From Hemiscyllium ocellatum (lineage: Eukaryota): 64,000 nucleotides of DNA. The DNA is taken from assembly GCF_020745735.1 (NCBI RefSeq), contig NW_026867487.1, positions 3,968,001-4,032,000 on the forward strand. The letters run 5' to 3'. The translations under genes and the position numbers were made by a program. Positions 25,651 to 39,050 of the stretch are shown here, piece by piece. Numbering within the stretch: the stretch's first letter is position 1; each line of letters begins with the position of its first letter. The notes under the pieces are model-generated. The model worked only from the letters and a program-made list of their open reading frames with translations, was not told the origin of the DNA and searched no databases.

Positions 25651-27924
25651 AGAAAACCAAATAAGTAAACAGAGACAGCTTGACTTAAAACTGAGCTTTT
25701 CGGCTACTTAAGATCTGAAATGCATCGTTTCAGTGAAATAGATGTGGTTGTTGAAATCCAAATTTTCTTTTGCACTCACTGGGACGAGTCACGCTGAGAT
25801 TGGAGAGTGATGAGGTCTGGTAAACTTCGATGTGGGACACACGAGAGGAACAGTTTCCCTCGACACTCTGTGTAACCAGTATCACAAAGTCTGCAGCGTG
25901 TGTGAGAGGCGAGTTCTGATAACTCCACCATATTTCATTTGCCAATTGCTCACTGTGGAACTAATTTATACCACATTATTACCTCATTTATTCAGGTCTG
26001 ATAAGGAACAAGCAGTCTGTTTATTAAATGCTGGTCAATGTTTCTCCCTCCACAGCCCTCAAATGTTAACGTTGTACCAAGGTGCCACTGGTTTTGTGCG
26101 ATGCGCCCCCTTGTTTACTGTCATTGTTATTCGCAGTTTTCAGTAACATATTGCTCTGTCAGACATCCGCAGCTCACTGTTGGTGAAATTACCGTCACTT
26201 TTTAAACAATTGATGTTAGCAGAAAATTGAGGACATCCTTGGCCCTGACAGCATCACCAGTTACCAAGTTAGGAAGCTAGTAATACATATCAAGATTATT
26301 AGTGCTTTATCCCAATACTGATGATATAGTTGCAAAGAATATGCAGCCTTCATCGAATAACTTTTACAATGGGCCACGGTATTTTTCTCAAACATCATTG
26401 ATGCTTGCACTGTTCCACCTGCAGCAATGTACAATTGCAGAAATTCAGTTGGTTATCATTATTCGCTGGTATCATCTGGTAACTTTATTTTTTTCAAAAT
26501 ATACAGCGAGCTGATGCAAATCAACGTCAGGGAAGCCGGCATGGAGAAGTGTGTATATTTTATGAAGAGTTACCAGTTATGAGAGTTGAAATTGTGAATA
26601 ATGAATCTAAAGTAGCAGCCATGTTTTAGGGCAGCTGATGTGAATTTGCATAACGCAAACTAGCCTTGCAATTGTTGCACTTAATTATAGCGTCAGCATT
26701 TGGTAGCATCATGAGTCTCTGATGATTGGTTAATTGCTGACATTGCTAAACAGCCGACAGACAATGGCTCACTGTTCATTTGTTCTTCAGTTGCCGACAT
26801 CAGAAGACTCAGGTCAGAATTGAATTCTGTGTTATCCCTTCGATTACTTTCGTGCAGGAGATGCACAAAATGAAGTTAAATGGAGTCTACTATTGTCAGT
26901 GCAAAAGATTCCCGTTAATGTGTCTGCTCAGAAACACTTGAATTTTGGACAGTTAACGTATTGTGGCCTCGAAATGATCAGTGCTACAATGATGATTTAA
27001 ACTCAATAATGTCATTAATACGTTGATTGCCTCACATGGTATCAGTGTAGTTGAAGTTATTGATAGACACTACAGGAATAACGGTTTATAAACAGTAGAT
27101 ATGAAGTGATAAACTGTGAGAGCTGCTGTGCCAAAGTAAAATCACGTGTTGAAATTCATAATCATTTCCCCGTCTTTCTGCACGCTTAATATAAAACACG
27201 TCATGTATTTCACTGTATTTCAATTGATGCGGCTTCATCTGAAAGCATTTGCTGAGATTGGGCGATTATAAACTCTTTATTAGTGGGTACCATCATGTAG
27301 AAGAAATTTGTTTTTCGGGTGCACACTTTCTTGCACAACAAAATTCGAAACCAAACTCATTGCAAATTTTCTTCATGGTGTTTTCCTAGCTTGTGATTGT
27401 GGCGAATCAGTTAAAAAAAAACATTCTGAGTCCAATATTCAATTCTGCAGAGCGGTCGCTTGATTCGGAGCATTCGTTCTTTTTCCATAGATGTAGCCAG
27501 GTCTGCTGAATTTCTGCAGGAATTTCTCCAGTGTTTCAGATATGTCGAAATATTGTAATAAATTGTGAAGGAAGGAATACCAGTGCATTCAAAATGTTGG
27601 TGTGTCATCATGAAAATATCTATGACTAATTTTTCAATGTGTTTTGAGGCCATCACAAATTGACTGAATTGACGATAACAGGTATATGTATCGTTTTGGG
27701 GTACCATTAAATGTTTGCCAAACCAGCTCAGAAAGGTTTGTCAAAAACTAAGGACCCACTGTGTTGGGAGTGCAATATTGCTATGGATGAAGAATTGACT
27801 GACATTTCATTTATATTCCGTCATGTGTTGAGGGTATTGCTGTGAAAGTCAGTCTTAATCTTGAAATGAGTTCTTACAAGTTCTTCTCAGAGAACAATAT
27901 ATAGTCAACATCACTGCTGATTTA

Positions 27925-28150
27925 TGGAGTCATATACACGCCACACCAGATAATTTTGGCAGCATTCTACCTCTGCTTGATAGCAGTCTACAGCAAATAT
28001 ACTCTTCTTTTATGCCCACTGTTACTGGTACTAGCTGATTTCAGATTGTTTACTGACTGAATTTGAATTGTGCCAGGCGATCTGTCGGTGGATATTTAGC
28101 CTGAACTTCTGAATTAGAAGGAGCCGTGACATTAGTACAAAGCCACAATT
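27925..28150 (-). mobile_element. Old SINE remnant (Deu-domain/SacSINE-like)
   Basis: tggagtcatatacacgccacaccag...gaatttgaattgtgccagg...gtgacattagtacaaagccac resembles this SINE class from memory only; it is degenerate. Confidence 0.4.
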
Positions 28151-28556
28151 CTCTAAACGTATATTTCTTCATGTTGTTTTGCCATCACTTCCTTCATTCT
28201 TTATATTTGGATTTGAAATGTTGAATACTTGCTAGTATCCATGTGTGAAGCAGAAACTAGAAATGGTCGAACATTTTTTTTATGCTCTGTCCCTGCTTCA
28301 TTCCCCAAACGGTACGATAGAAATGGCCTTAAAATTCAAAAATGGTTTATCCTCTGATTAAACCTCTATCCAATTAATGTCAAACACCGTGTAGCTTATT
28401 TTCAACATATAGATAGTTGAAACAAGAGAAGTAATATTGTCCGTGGATAGAGAACAGTTCACAAATTGGAAATACAACTGTGATTGGTTCCTCTCTACTT
28501 GTTCCATGCATGTCTGAGATCTATCAATAACATCGTCAAATTTAAAGAGTATGGCA

Positions 28557-28587
28557 TCCCCGCCCCCAGCTTCCATTTCCTGCTTTA
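28557..28587 (+). promoter_or_regulatory. Candidate V promoter element (GC-box plus ETS-like core)
   Basis: TCCCCGCCCCCAGCTTCCATTTCCTGCTTTA lies about 165-195 bp upstream of the ATG at 28751 and matches 4543-4572 (-). Confidence 0.5.
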
Positions 28588-28750
28588 CATGTCTCTCTGT
28601 CTTCTTCTCTCTGGCAAAGTTGTGCTCTTGGTGAAATCTCTGCTGCTGCGCTAATCTTGTTATTGATTGGATCAGTAATGCAATTGGGATCTGTATTTCT
28701 GTTCTGACAGCGAATTTCCTGCCCTGCAGAGGTAAGAAGACTGGATCATC

Positions 28751-29263
28751 ATGGGAAAATATCTCTCAACGTTTATTAGCGTTGTCTCCATTCTCAGTAA
28801 CGATCTCCTTATCAGAAAAGAACGCATTGTTGCGTTTTAAATATTACTTTTCGTCGAATAAGCAGGGAATGTGATAATCATGTTGATCAATAAAACTTTT
28901 ACACAGAGTCTTGCTTTTTTGTAACAACTTTCCGTATGTTATAATTGAGTCAGCATTCTACAATTCACCAGCCATTTGATGAAGAGGCAAAAAAAATCTC
29001 CCTAACCTGTGATTTGAAGAGAAGTGATTCTAACCTTATGTATTGTGGTACAGACAGCCTCCACAGTTCAAGTTTCGACTGACGGGGAACAGTGTGTAGA
29101 AAGCCAAATGCATCAGTAATCAATTTTCCTCTCAGCTTAATAAAACTGACAAGGCAATTTAACTAAAAGTGAGCAATATCCTCATCCTCTACAGTGCCAT
29201 GTTCCTATTGCCATTCAAACCTGTAGTGAAATGGACATAGATAGAAAACCTTCTACAAAACTC
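28751..29263 (+). pseudogene. TCR alpha/delta-type V pseudogene, paralog of 3869-4387
   Basis: 46-nt leader MGKYLSTFISVVSIL A|gtaacg. The exon reads ...EEAKKISLTCDLKRSDSNLMY, frameshift, WYRQPPQ...ISNQFSSQLNKTDKAI*LKVSNILILYSAMF. Damaged RSS TGTAGTG-26-ACAAAACTC (29222-29263). Confidence 0.85.
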
Positions 29264-29879
29264 CATCCTGACAGTTGCCTTTACTGTTCACCAAAGAACG
29301 CTATCACACTGAGAAGCATGAAGAATTGAGCCCTGGCTGGGATAGAACCACAAAATCTTTTAACAAATGATGATGATGAGATGCACAATACTGCCGACAA
29401 ATCAGTTCAACTTGTTCTCCTTCCAGAGTTAACATCTGAACAGCCTGGGAGGTCTAATACTCAGACTGAACCACTATAAGATAATAAAGATAATTCTGAC
29501 ACGACATTGATGGGTTGGTAAAACAAGGTGTCTGATTAGAAAATTAATCTTCCAGAATACTAATATCATAGAACTGCAACTGACAATAGATGATTGCTCA
29601 TTTTTTTCGGTTTATGACAATGAAAACTCTCAGGAAGTGGATCAATCAGGCAATGTTTTCAGAACAGGATTTGTTGTCGATAGAAAGACTTTCAATTACA
29701 GCAACTGGAGAGCAAAGAGGAAGATGTTATGCTCTCTTCATGCAGACAGAGACTGACGTACGGCATTCACAATAAGTGTTTTTTTATGGTATGTTGACGC
29801 AAGACATTATAAAAGTCATTCTCAGGGATTGGCTGTCTCAAAGCAGGGGCATGATGAAACCACTAACAAAACTGGATTT

Positions 29880-29995
29880 CTCTCTCTCTCTTCGTCACTC
29901 TGTGCCACTCGCTCTACCTCTCTCTCTCTATCTCCCTCTGTCTATCTCTCGCTCTCCCCCTCTCTCTTTGTCTCTCTTTCACTGTCTCCTTTTTC
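29880..29995. repeat. (CT)n-rich microsatellite
   Basis: Visible directly. Confidence 0.85.
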
Positions 29996-30564
29996 TTCCA
30001 CTGTGTAGTGGTGGATTAAATGCTTCTTGGTCTTAACCATTGATCCTGGTCAAACGCCCAACCGAATTGAACTATTCAATTCAATCGAAATGGCATTATT
30101 AAATATATCTTCAGTACTTGCTTCCCAACCTCCCAAACCCCAATCATTGTTTCAAAGTTCATGAATCGTGTCGCTTCATCACTTTCAACCCTGCGTCTGC
30201 TTCTTACTTAGGTTCTCAATATATCAAATTTATATTGCAACTGCCGTTGCTGTGGTAACTGGTCGCTATGGTTTCATTTGGTTAAAATAAGCAGGAACAA
30301 TATTTATGGATTAATTTTCAATCCAATGTCAGTGAAAACTCCATATGGTTTCCACACTGATTTCTGGTGGACTCTGATTTGTGTTCGTTCAATCTGTCAT
30401 ACTCGATATTCAATCCCAAGATAATCTGCACAGTACTCATTGTCCTGTATTTTACTTTTCTCAATTTTCTTTTTGCCTGTGGTGTTTGTTTTAAGTTTAT
30501 TTGTGAACGTTCAAGTATTGCAGTAATTGTCATACTTTGAAAATATATTCTATCTGTATTACAA

Positions 30565-30899
30565 GAGCAATCAGTAAAGATTCATTGTCATAAAATTCAT
30601 TTGAATTATTGTTTTGTCGAAGGGAAAGAGCATAAAACTGAAAAGCCTTTACTCGATTACGCATTCTGTTCTGCTATATCCTGCTATCCCTGTGAAGCTG
30701 AGAGACTTTTACTGAATATACATAGCAGGGACGATGAAGAGAAGTTTCCAGCTTTAACAGAGAGTGACTCTGTTAATTTGCAAAAAACAAACAAAATGTT
30801 TGCTTTAAGCATTGAAGGAGTTGTTTTCTGACAGGTCCGTGTACCTCACTGCCATGGCACACATACTGCTGCAAACATGTCAAGGACTCTGCACAACAG
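30565..30899 (+). pseudogene. TCR alpha/delta-type V pseudogene exon
   Basis: ORF 30601-30831 reads VEGKE...CYPCEAERLLLNIHSRDDEEKFPALTESDSVNLQKTNKMFALSIEGVVF, then a frameshift to SDRSVYLTA. RSS-like CATACTG-22-GCACAACAG (30862-30899). No leader identified. Confidence 0.7.
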
Positions 30900-33800
30900 G
30901 CTTAAGTGAATAGTTCCAGCTCGCGCCCACAGAGTACGTTCTCACACTGATAAAATAAACAAATTTTGAGGAATAAAAATGTAATGTGCTGGAGAAAACG
31001 AGGCAGTGTTTTTTCATCCAAAGAGGGATAAGCAAAGCTAATGTATTGAGTATGCTGGCACCTTTCCTGAATCCTGGAAAGACTGAAAGCTAATGGCCAG
31101 TGCCCCTAAATCTTTACCCCTACTGCCTTCAAACTCCGTCGATGTATATTATCTTCCATATCCAAAAATCTTTTAAGGTTTTTGCCATCTGCAATATTGT
31201 TCTGTTGTGATGTCAATATCGCCTTTATCAACATGGCAGCATCCTCCCCTTTTGGCAAGATAGTTGAAATTTATTGAAATTACACATCAACCATGTCACC
31301 TGCGTACATGGCAAATCCTCTTTTGGTCTCTTATCGAAGCCTTGTGCTGCGAGGCAGCAGCACCTACGATGGAGTCAGCATCCCGCCCCAAACATAAATA
31401 TAGTAATGACAATGAAATGTCGTCTGATATTTAGAAACAGGATTATGTCGTTGACAACTCAGAATCTCCTAAATGCATGTCACAGCTCCACATCAGCAAT
31501 TGCCTAATGTGCAATGTGACTAAAATAAGAACACTGGGGACGTCAGGATTTGGGAAGCACAATGCTCTTTTGTGACCTTATGACTGTTGACCTAGTGGAG
31601 CCAAGATCAATAGGAGGGCGGGTGGGGGGGCTCAAAATCATTTTTTTTTCTTTTGACCCAGACACATAGATCATGCCAGAAAAATCATGCACAATGATTT
31701 GCTCCTGTGTGTTACCCTTTGTATGGTTCAACATGTTCCACTGCCGCAAGTGTTAGCATGCATTTTTAATGTGACAATATTCACTCAGAGTAGTTTTGCC
31801 GCTTCGTTTTAAGATGATATACTTTCCGAGCAGGAACAAACCTGCTCATCCCGTCGGTTTACGACTTCTAAAAAAAAATGAAAATCAACAAGATCACTAC
31901 GAAAATATGTATTCTCGGCTATTGAAGCAGCTCATCTCAGACTTCATAATAATTACTTGCCCTTTCATACATTTTTCTTTCTCTCTTGATAGCCTTATTA
32001 ATTTAAATTCTGTGTATTCCCTCCTTGAATATACTTAATGAAACTGACATCCTGCCTACCGCTGTAACTAATTCCACAGATTCACAATTATCAGGGTGAA
32101 GAAATACAAAATCACCTCTAACTCTCTTTTTAAATGTGTGAGTTTTACTCTGAGCTAAAACACTCTGCTCCAGGTTTTGTTGCAAAAGGGAAACAAACGC
32201 TTTCCAGATCGATCCTCAAACAAATCTCAAACAATGGCGTGCTTCGGGAAGGAAGGGGATGTTTGTAGTACTCTGGTTGAGCGGTTAAAGACAAGTATGT
32301 TGGTGCTTCCTCCGATTATCATTCATCTCTAATGTGAAGCTGTCACGGATTCTGACAGAGCGGTTTAATTGCTGCTTTAAATGTCAGGAATTCATTTCAT
32401 GTTAAGAGTTATAACAAATAGGCAGAACTCACATTCCCTAATCTGGAATGACACACGGAGAACATAGCAGTGAGAGTACCAAATCATAACAGTTGAATAC
32501 GATGGAAGCATGCACAAACTTTTCTTGTTGACAATCGTTTTGGCTTTCTTATCAATTTCAAAATGATAGAGACTCACTAAGTTTTCGCAGCACAATGATC
32601 TCCTTTGATCCATTTTGTCAATGATAGTTATGAAACATTGATCGCTTACAGTATTTGACCCTTATTCTATGCGCTCTGGAATTTCAACTGTTCATTTAAA
32701 TCGTTTATCTAGGTTGTCCAGATTTCAGTGGAACACAGAAAGCTCTTTCAGCTTATGAGAAGAACCATTGTTGTTTTCTGGAACATTACGTCTAAAGTTT
32801 TCGTTTGGAAGATAGTTTGAATGGCCAAAATCTTTCTCCAAGCATCAGCTACTTTTACTGATAATGCCAACAGTACCAGTTTAATTTCCACGCTGGTGTA
32901 GATTAACAATAAAAATAAATAAATTTAAACTCTACAGTGCCATTTTCTTAACCCAGAATTCCCAGAGCGGGAGAACCATCCCTTCCATACAGAAGTGTTG
33001 ATCACTGAGCATGCACTGTATGTTCCCCACCTTCCCACTATCTGGAGCCTGCGCACTCAGAGCGGCCCTGAGCAGCTGCCACACACAACGCTCTGGGACA
33101 TGACCTGAAAGATAGGTTTATAATGGATGGACGTTTTATGACCAGCACTGACATGGAGCATCGAAAAGCTTGTATCTGTGCTGTAAAATCTCGATAAAGA
33201 AGAGAAACCAACTTGCACTGAAAACGATCGACAATGCCCTCGGTTTTTTTTTTGTTTCTTTCTCTTATTCAACATTCTGTCGATTTGTGAAACAGGAAGA
33301 AACTCCCATTACCCAAAGCAGCGGCGATGTGAGTACATATTTTCATAGTGATCTTGTTGATTTTCATTTTTTTTAAGAAGTCGTAAACCGATGGGAAGTG
33401 TTTAACATGTGTATTTCTAAGTACAAATCGAACTAGTATTCTTTCAATAAGCATTGGACTCTGCTTACACTACTGCTGGGCTGTTGTGAGCCGATTTGCT
33501 AGAACTCATGCAAGAAAAGGAACGGTTACAAAAGACACGAATATACTCAGACTGATTTACCCTGTTTAAAAGGATGATATATTTGAAGTTACGCTTTTCA
33601 AACTGATCTATTCTTTCCTCTATCAGAGGTAAGGCTGATAGAGACATTAATCTGAAGAAGCTTTATTGTTTTGAAAATATAGGGAGAATGTCTTGGATTT
33701 GGAGCAATTCCAGAATTTTGTGACTTAAATATTAGAACCAGCTGAATGATCCAATAGAAAATGTTAAAGGAATTATGTTTCCACTCTCGAATACAGAACT

Positions 33801-34309
33801 CAACTGATGCAAGGTGCAGTTGGGTCAGACCCGTAGATTCAGGTAGGTGAAGTCAGCTAAATCGATGAACAATGAATGTAGTTATGTACGTGCACTTCGA
33901 ATTCGAGTGAGGGAGTTGGTGGATTCTCGTTTGCATAGTTTACACGGACAATGGCCAGTTGGTGTCGGAAGTCGATTATATTATCGTGGAGAGAAAGCAG
34001 AATTGAAATGAGACCTCTTGCTCGCACAGACAAAATGAAAAGATGATGCTTCAACTGTACCTTTTTCTGATAATGCATATTTCTTATTCCGGTACCTTCA
34101 ATCCACAGGCAGTCAGCCTTAGTTCACAGTCCAGAGGTACAAAATCAGAGAAGCTGACCTGAAGGTGGATTTCCTTCAGAGCTGGTTTTCTGATACAATC
34201 ACCAGTTAGACAAATTGTGTCAATTGCCTATCTCGAAAGTGTTGCTGTCTGACATTGCAGTCTGTTACTGTGCAATGAAATTCGCACTAAAAGCGAATGA
34301 CAATCACGC

Positions 34310-37300
34310 CAGTTAGAGTCATAGTGATGTTCTGCATCAAAACAGAATCTTCGTTCCTACTCATCCATGCCAACCTGTTTTCCGACAGAAATTTGGCTTT
34401 ATTTGCAAACATTTGGCCTACGTACATCCAAATCCTTCCTATTCTTATTCGACACAGATGTATTTTAAATGTAACTGTGTCCGTTTTCATCACTTCCTCT
34501 AACAGCTCACTCCATACACACAACACCATCTGCGTGAGAAAGGTGTCTTTTGGGTCTCTTTCAAATCTTTCCCCCTCGCATTAAAACGACGTCTTCTAAT
34601 TTTGGACTCCTCTAGACAAGCGAATGTAATTTATGTATTTACACTATGCATTCCGCTCATGATTTCATAAATCTCCAGTTGGGCTGAAGTGTCTGTTTCC
34701 ATGCTATGCATCTCTGACTCGATGAACCCTCAGTTTGCGATACTACAGGGAAAATAGCCGCAGACATTTCAAACATTCCATGAAGGTCAAACTGTCCAAC
34801 CCTGCCAACATCTTTGTAATATTTTTCTGAAACTTTCCAACTTTCACGATGTCCTGCACTGCGATATTTATGGAATCTTGCTTACTGTAGAACATCAAGA
34901 GATATAAAATCCATAACGTTCAGGGGCTTTGGACGAGGAAGCATTTGTGAACAAAGTGCGATTGGTGTTGTTAACTTCAAATTGCACGGTATATTACAAC
35001 CCGAGAAAGGTCACCATTAGTCTCGGACTCTTTTTGGAAGGAAATTAAACTATATTGGCCTTGTTCTCTGTTATCAATAGCGACAGTTCCAGCTTTGACT
35101 TCTCAACCCCACCTACTCTCAAACGTTGCTATTCATTTCCAGCAACATTTGTTTCTGGATTTCACATGAGACTGTCTATGTTCTCATTTTGACATTAGAT
35201 TTTGTTCAATATCCGACACAAAATCAATTACAAATCTCTGAAACAAGTAACAGGAAAAAGCCACTCACTGACATAGGAGCAAATTATTGCCCGTGCAAGA
35301 ATCGAAAAAAAATGAGGAGGTAAGTGCAATAAAATCTTCAACTATTGAAGATGACGTATTTTCTTTGGTGTAATTGTCACTTCTCAGAACTCCATTGGTC
35401 ATTGTGAATATGTCTGTCCGTCTTCTTTTCTTGTGCAAACGTGATTGATTTGCTAATTGTAACGAATCCCAACTCTATGCACTTTAGTTGCAATTAAGTT
35501 CAAATAAAGATGCATGAAGTTTATCAGACGCTCACGGAAATTGAGAGAAAATGTTCCCATTCATAAACGGTTCAATAACATGGGACACAGTTTTATCTGA
35601 AGAAGCAACATTTTCAGAAGGAATTTGAGGAAATGGAATCGCCCAAGGGGTATTAGGTATACGAAACTCATTGCTTGAAAGAATATTCGAGGCAAGAAAC
35701 GTCAAAACATTTAAGCCGTTTTTCGATGCATGCTGAAACACCACAGCATATGAGGAAATTGGTCAAAATGATGAAACTTTAACAAGAATACGTAAATGTT
35801 TGATAACTGACGTGGGCGTGATGAGTTGAGGGTTTTTTTCATACATTGATGTCATAACTCTTTGCCTCATTCGTCGGAGAAAATAATTTTCGACCAAATT
35901 TAACGATGGTCTCGTGGACATGAAATTACATTAGCTGAACTAAATAAACCTTTACCAACAGCCTGAGTGGGACTATTGATGAGAAACTGAAATGGGTTCA
36001 TCATCGAAATAATAGGGTTTCAAAATCAGGTCCAAGAATAAAATTTTGCAGTGGGTAATTTACCTCCTGATTAGCCAATCACGGTGAACTTTCTTCAAGT
36101 CACAAGAGTAAGTTGAAGTGTTGTCCACTTGCCTAGATAACTGGCAGAGCACGCCTCGAACTTTTGCAATATTCAGAACAAAGCAGACCGGGTAATTAAC
36201 ATTACATCCACAATCATTCTCGACCTCGTTCCACGTTCCACAGCAGCAGTTATATCTGAAGAATTGTCAAAGAACACTCGAAATGTTAATTCTTGCCCTC
36301 TATACATATCCTGGAAAACCTGCTGAGTTTCTTCAGCACTGTCTGTTTTCTGTCAGTTTTCCAGTCGTCTGCAATGTGCATTCCAGTAGTGCATCAGGTC
36401 TGTTCTGATATCACTCTCCACACCAATGATCAAATTCGTACAGAAGGACAAGGGCAGCTGGTACATGGGAAGACAACGAAATGTCAGTTCCTATTCTAGC
36501 CACTTGCCATCTCGACTCCAAGACTGTTTGCCATTAAGTCGGAGTTGCCAAGTGGAAATCCTGAAATTCCCATGCAAGAGAAATGACAGACTACCAACAC
36601 AAAAATATATTCCTGCATTTCCTCATCACCTTCTCTCTGACAAATAGAGACGATGAAAAATAAATGTTGATTGATTCAGCGGCATCCATGTCCTGTGGAA
36701 CATGCATGTCTCCCAGTTATTATCACCCAAATTATGTACGTTTTATTTGAACAGTGGCAGTGATTCTTTCCCTTGCACTTGGTGCTGCTATTTCTAAGTC
36801 CTATCTCTGTAGATACTCACCTGTGGAACACCTACTGACTTTTATTCCTGTTTTAGCAACGGCAGGGATTTTCTCCATTGTTCCTTCACTACAATCACTG
36901 ACTTCATTCTCCAAAGTTCGAATATAATTTCTGCGTGTGTGGTTTGGTCGGAGAAAAAGTGTTTTGCAATTTTTTGTCTTTTGTTCAGAATTGGTTGTGT
37001 TGGGTACCTTGTCTTCTATGTTTGCGTTTTACATACTGTTAATCAGGATTCATTTACTGATAATTAATATGTATATGATAACGTCACTAATAAATGAACT
37101 AAACGAACTAACTGGATCCCTAATTTATTAAATAATTAGGCGCCTGACTGAAAAGATGAGTAGAGGTCGTCTCAATTTAGTAATGAGATCTCCAGTCAAC
37201 ACCTCCTATCAGAAACTTCACTTGGTAGATATATTACAAATGGATTTGGAAGAAAAGCCTAAAGATTAGTTGCCAGCAGTCTTTTAAAAAAAACTGTAAT

Positions 37301-38330
37301 GGGTTTAATTCATTTGTTAATGTTGCAAATCGAATTTGCATTACTGTGTGTTAATCTATTCATCCAATTGCAACTGAGCTGCAGGGTGAAATTTAGCTTC
37401 TCTCTGTAGATTCTTATTTAGAATAAATGAGATGCACTTTGGATTTTTTGTAAAATTTAATTTGCACAGCTTGGAGAATTTCTAAAGGACTATGAACAGG
37501 CCACTGAAAGGATTGGCTTGTGCGAAAGTTACCGCATTATCACTGCTGTTGGTTTCCCAGGGAAGAAACGTCTGAAAAAGAAGTTTGTATTTAGCTGTAA
37601 ATCTCCACAAGTCTTACCCATTCTCTTTGAAAACTGGATTGCATATTATTCTCTAAGAAACCGAGTCATGAAGTGGTATTATCAGACACCTCTTACAGCG
37701 TATTATATGCTATTATAAACATAAGAATAAATACGGTGCATTGATTACACTTATATGAATGAGAAATCCAAAATTACATTCAAAGTTTTCTGTTACACAC
37801 TGCGGCAACAGAAGTTTCCAAGAAAATGTCATTATGAGTAATTTTTACGACATTGTCTGAATAACCATATGCTATATTATTGATTATTGAATTTAATTCC
37901 AAAATAGCGTATCATCGTGTCATCTTGTAGCAATGTATACAAGTGCCTTTTCCAGCACTGATCTGGAAATGTTCACAAAGGCAAAGAGGATAAGCCGTGA
38001 AAAGGTTGTGTCATGGAGAAGGAAGAAATAGCCAATTGGATTACTCCAGCTCTTGTGGCCTATGCAGTAGAGATTGAATGACTGCAGCACAATAATCGCG
38101 CTCGAGACCATATCAAAAACAATTGTTTGCAGTGAACCTGGGAGTTTGAAATGCGAACTCGAAAATGACACAATCGTTGTAGAGTCTTGTGTTGCTTTTG
38201 GGCAGTCTCTAATGTCGTAAAAGTTAATGAGAGTTACGTTTCATAAACGCGAATGAAGAAGGTAATAGATTTCAGTATTTTTTAGAAATTGTCCAATAAA
38301 GTTAACTTGTGTGCATTTGACATTTATTTT
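34310..38330 (+). repeat. Segmental duplicate copy B (paralog of 9790-12645 plus 15125-15960)
   Basis: Collinear with copy A, lacks the 12645-15100 LINE, and carries its own roughly 350-bp insert at about 36790-37135. Confidence 0.85.
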
Positions 38331-39050
38331 GATGTTACTTATCGTTCACAAGTGTATGGCGATTACTGTCAAGAGATTTTAGAATGAAAACTGACATACA
38401 ACCTCCCAAAGAAAATTTGGGCAATAAATGAAGATCACGATCAAAAATGATTGGAGATAAGGTACTAAGGAATTTCCAAAGATTTTGATCTCGACAGCTG
38501 AGGGCAGAGCAGGAGTGATTAATATCTGGCTGAAAAAATAAATCGAAGAAATGAAGTTATTTTGAGATACCAGGTGGGAATAACATTTGAGGTCCTAAGA
38601 TATGTGGTCTGTAACAGACTGAACAACAAGGTTATGAAAACTGAGAGATTAGCACCCCTATGCTCATGTAGGTCAGCGAACGTAGGTTTCCAAGAAAAAT
38701 AGATTTAGGTATGAATACAGAATGTGTCACATGATTTTACGCATGTATTACTTTGGATAGCTCGCCACTGGAATTGAAACAGTGACTTGAGAACAGCGTT
38801 GGTAGAAGCAAGTTCTGATTGCAATGGACCTGATATTGACAAATGTTTAATTCAGCATGAAATACTGAACAATTACCAAATGCTTCCGTATAGTTGCTGG
38901 CTGGAAATAGCACAGGTTCGGACGATGAGGGTCTCAGTGTTGAATTGGCTAGAGCATTTCCTGTTGTTCGAACTCAATTAGGCAACATGCAGCTGATAAA
39001 ATTGCATATTTTCATTCGTTTTTTACAAGTCAACATATTGTTTGTCACAG

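Noticed and set aside
25113-25711. Proline-rich and other overlapping ORFs
   Set aside because: These are alternative frames of the GC-rich Penelope element.
25930-26260. Perfect heptamer at 25951-25957 with a vaguely V-like minus-strand upstream
   Set aside because: No nonamer at 12 or 23 spacing and no coherent frame.
27733-27790. CACTGTG at 27757 followed by a J-like (F)GSAILL
   Set aside because: The nonamer is not at 12 or 23 spacing, there is no FGxG motif and no splice donor. The other isolated heptamers or nonamers (22542, 29999, 57148, 58445) fail in the same way, so no D, J or NAR-TCR cassette is claimed.
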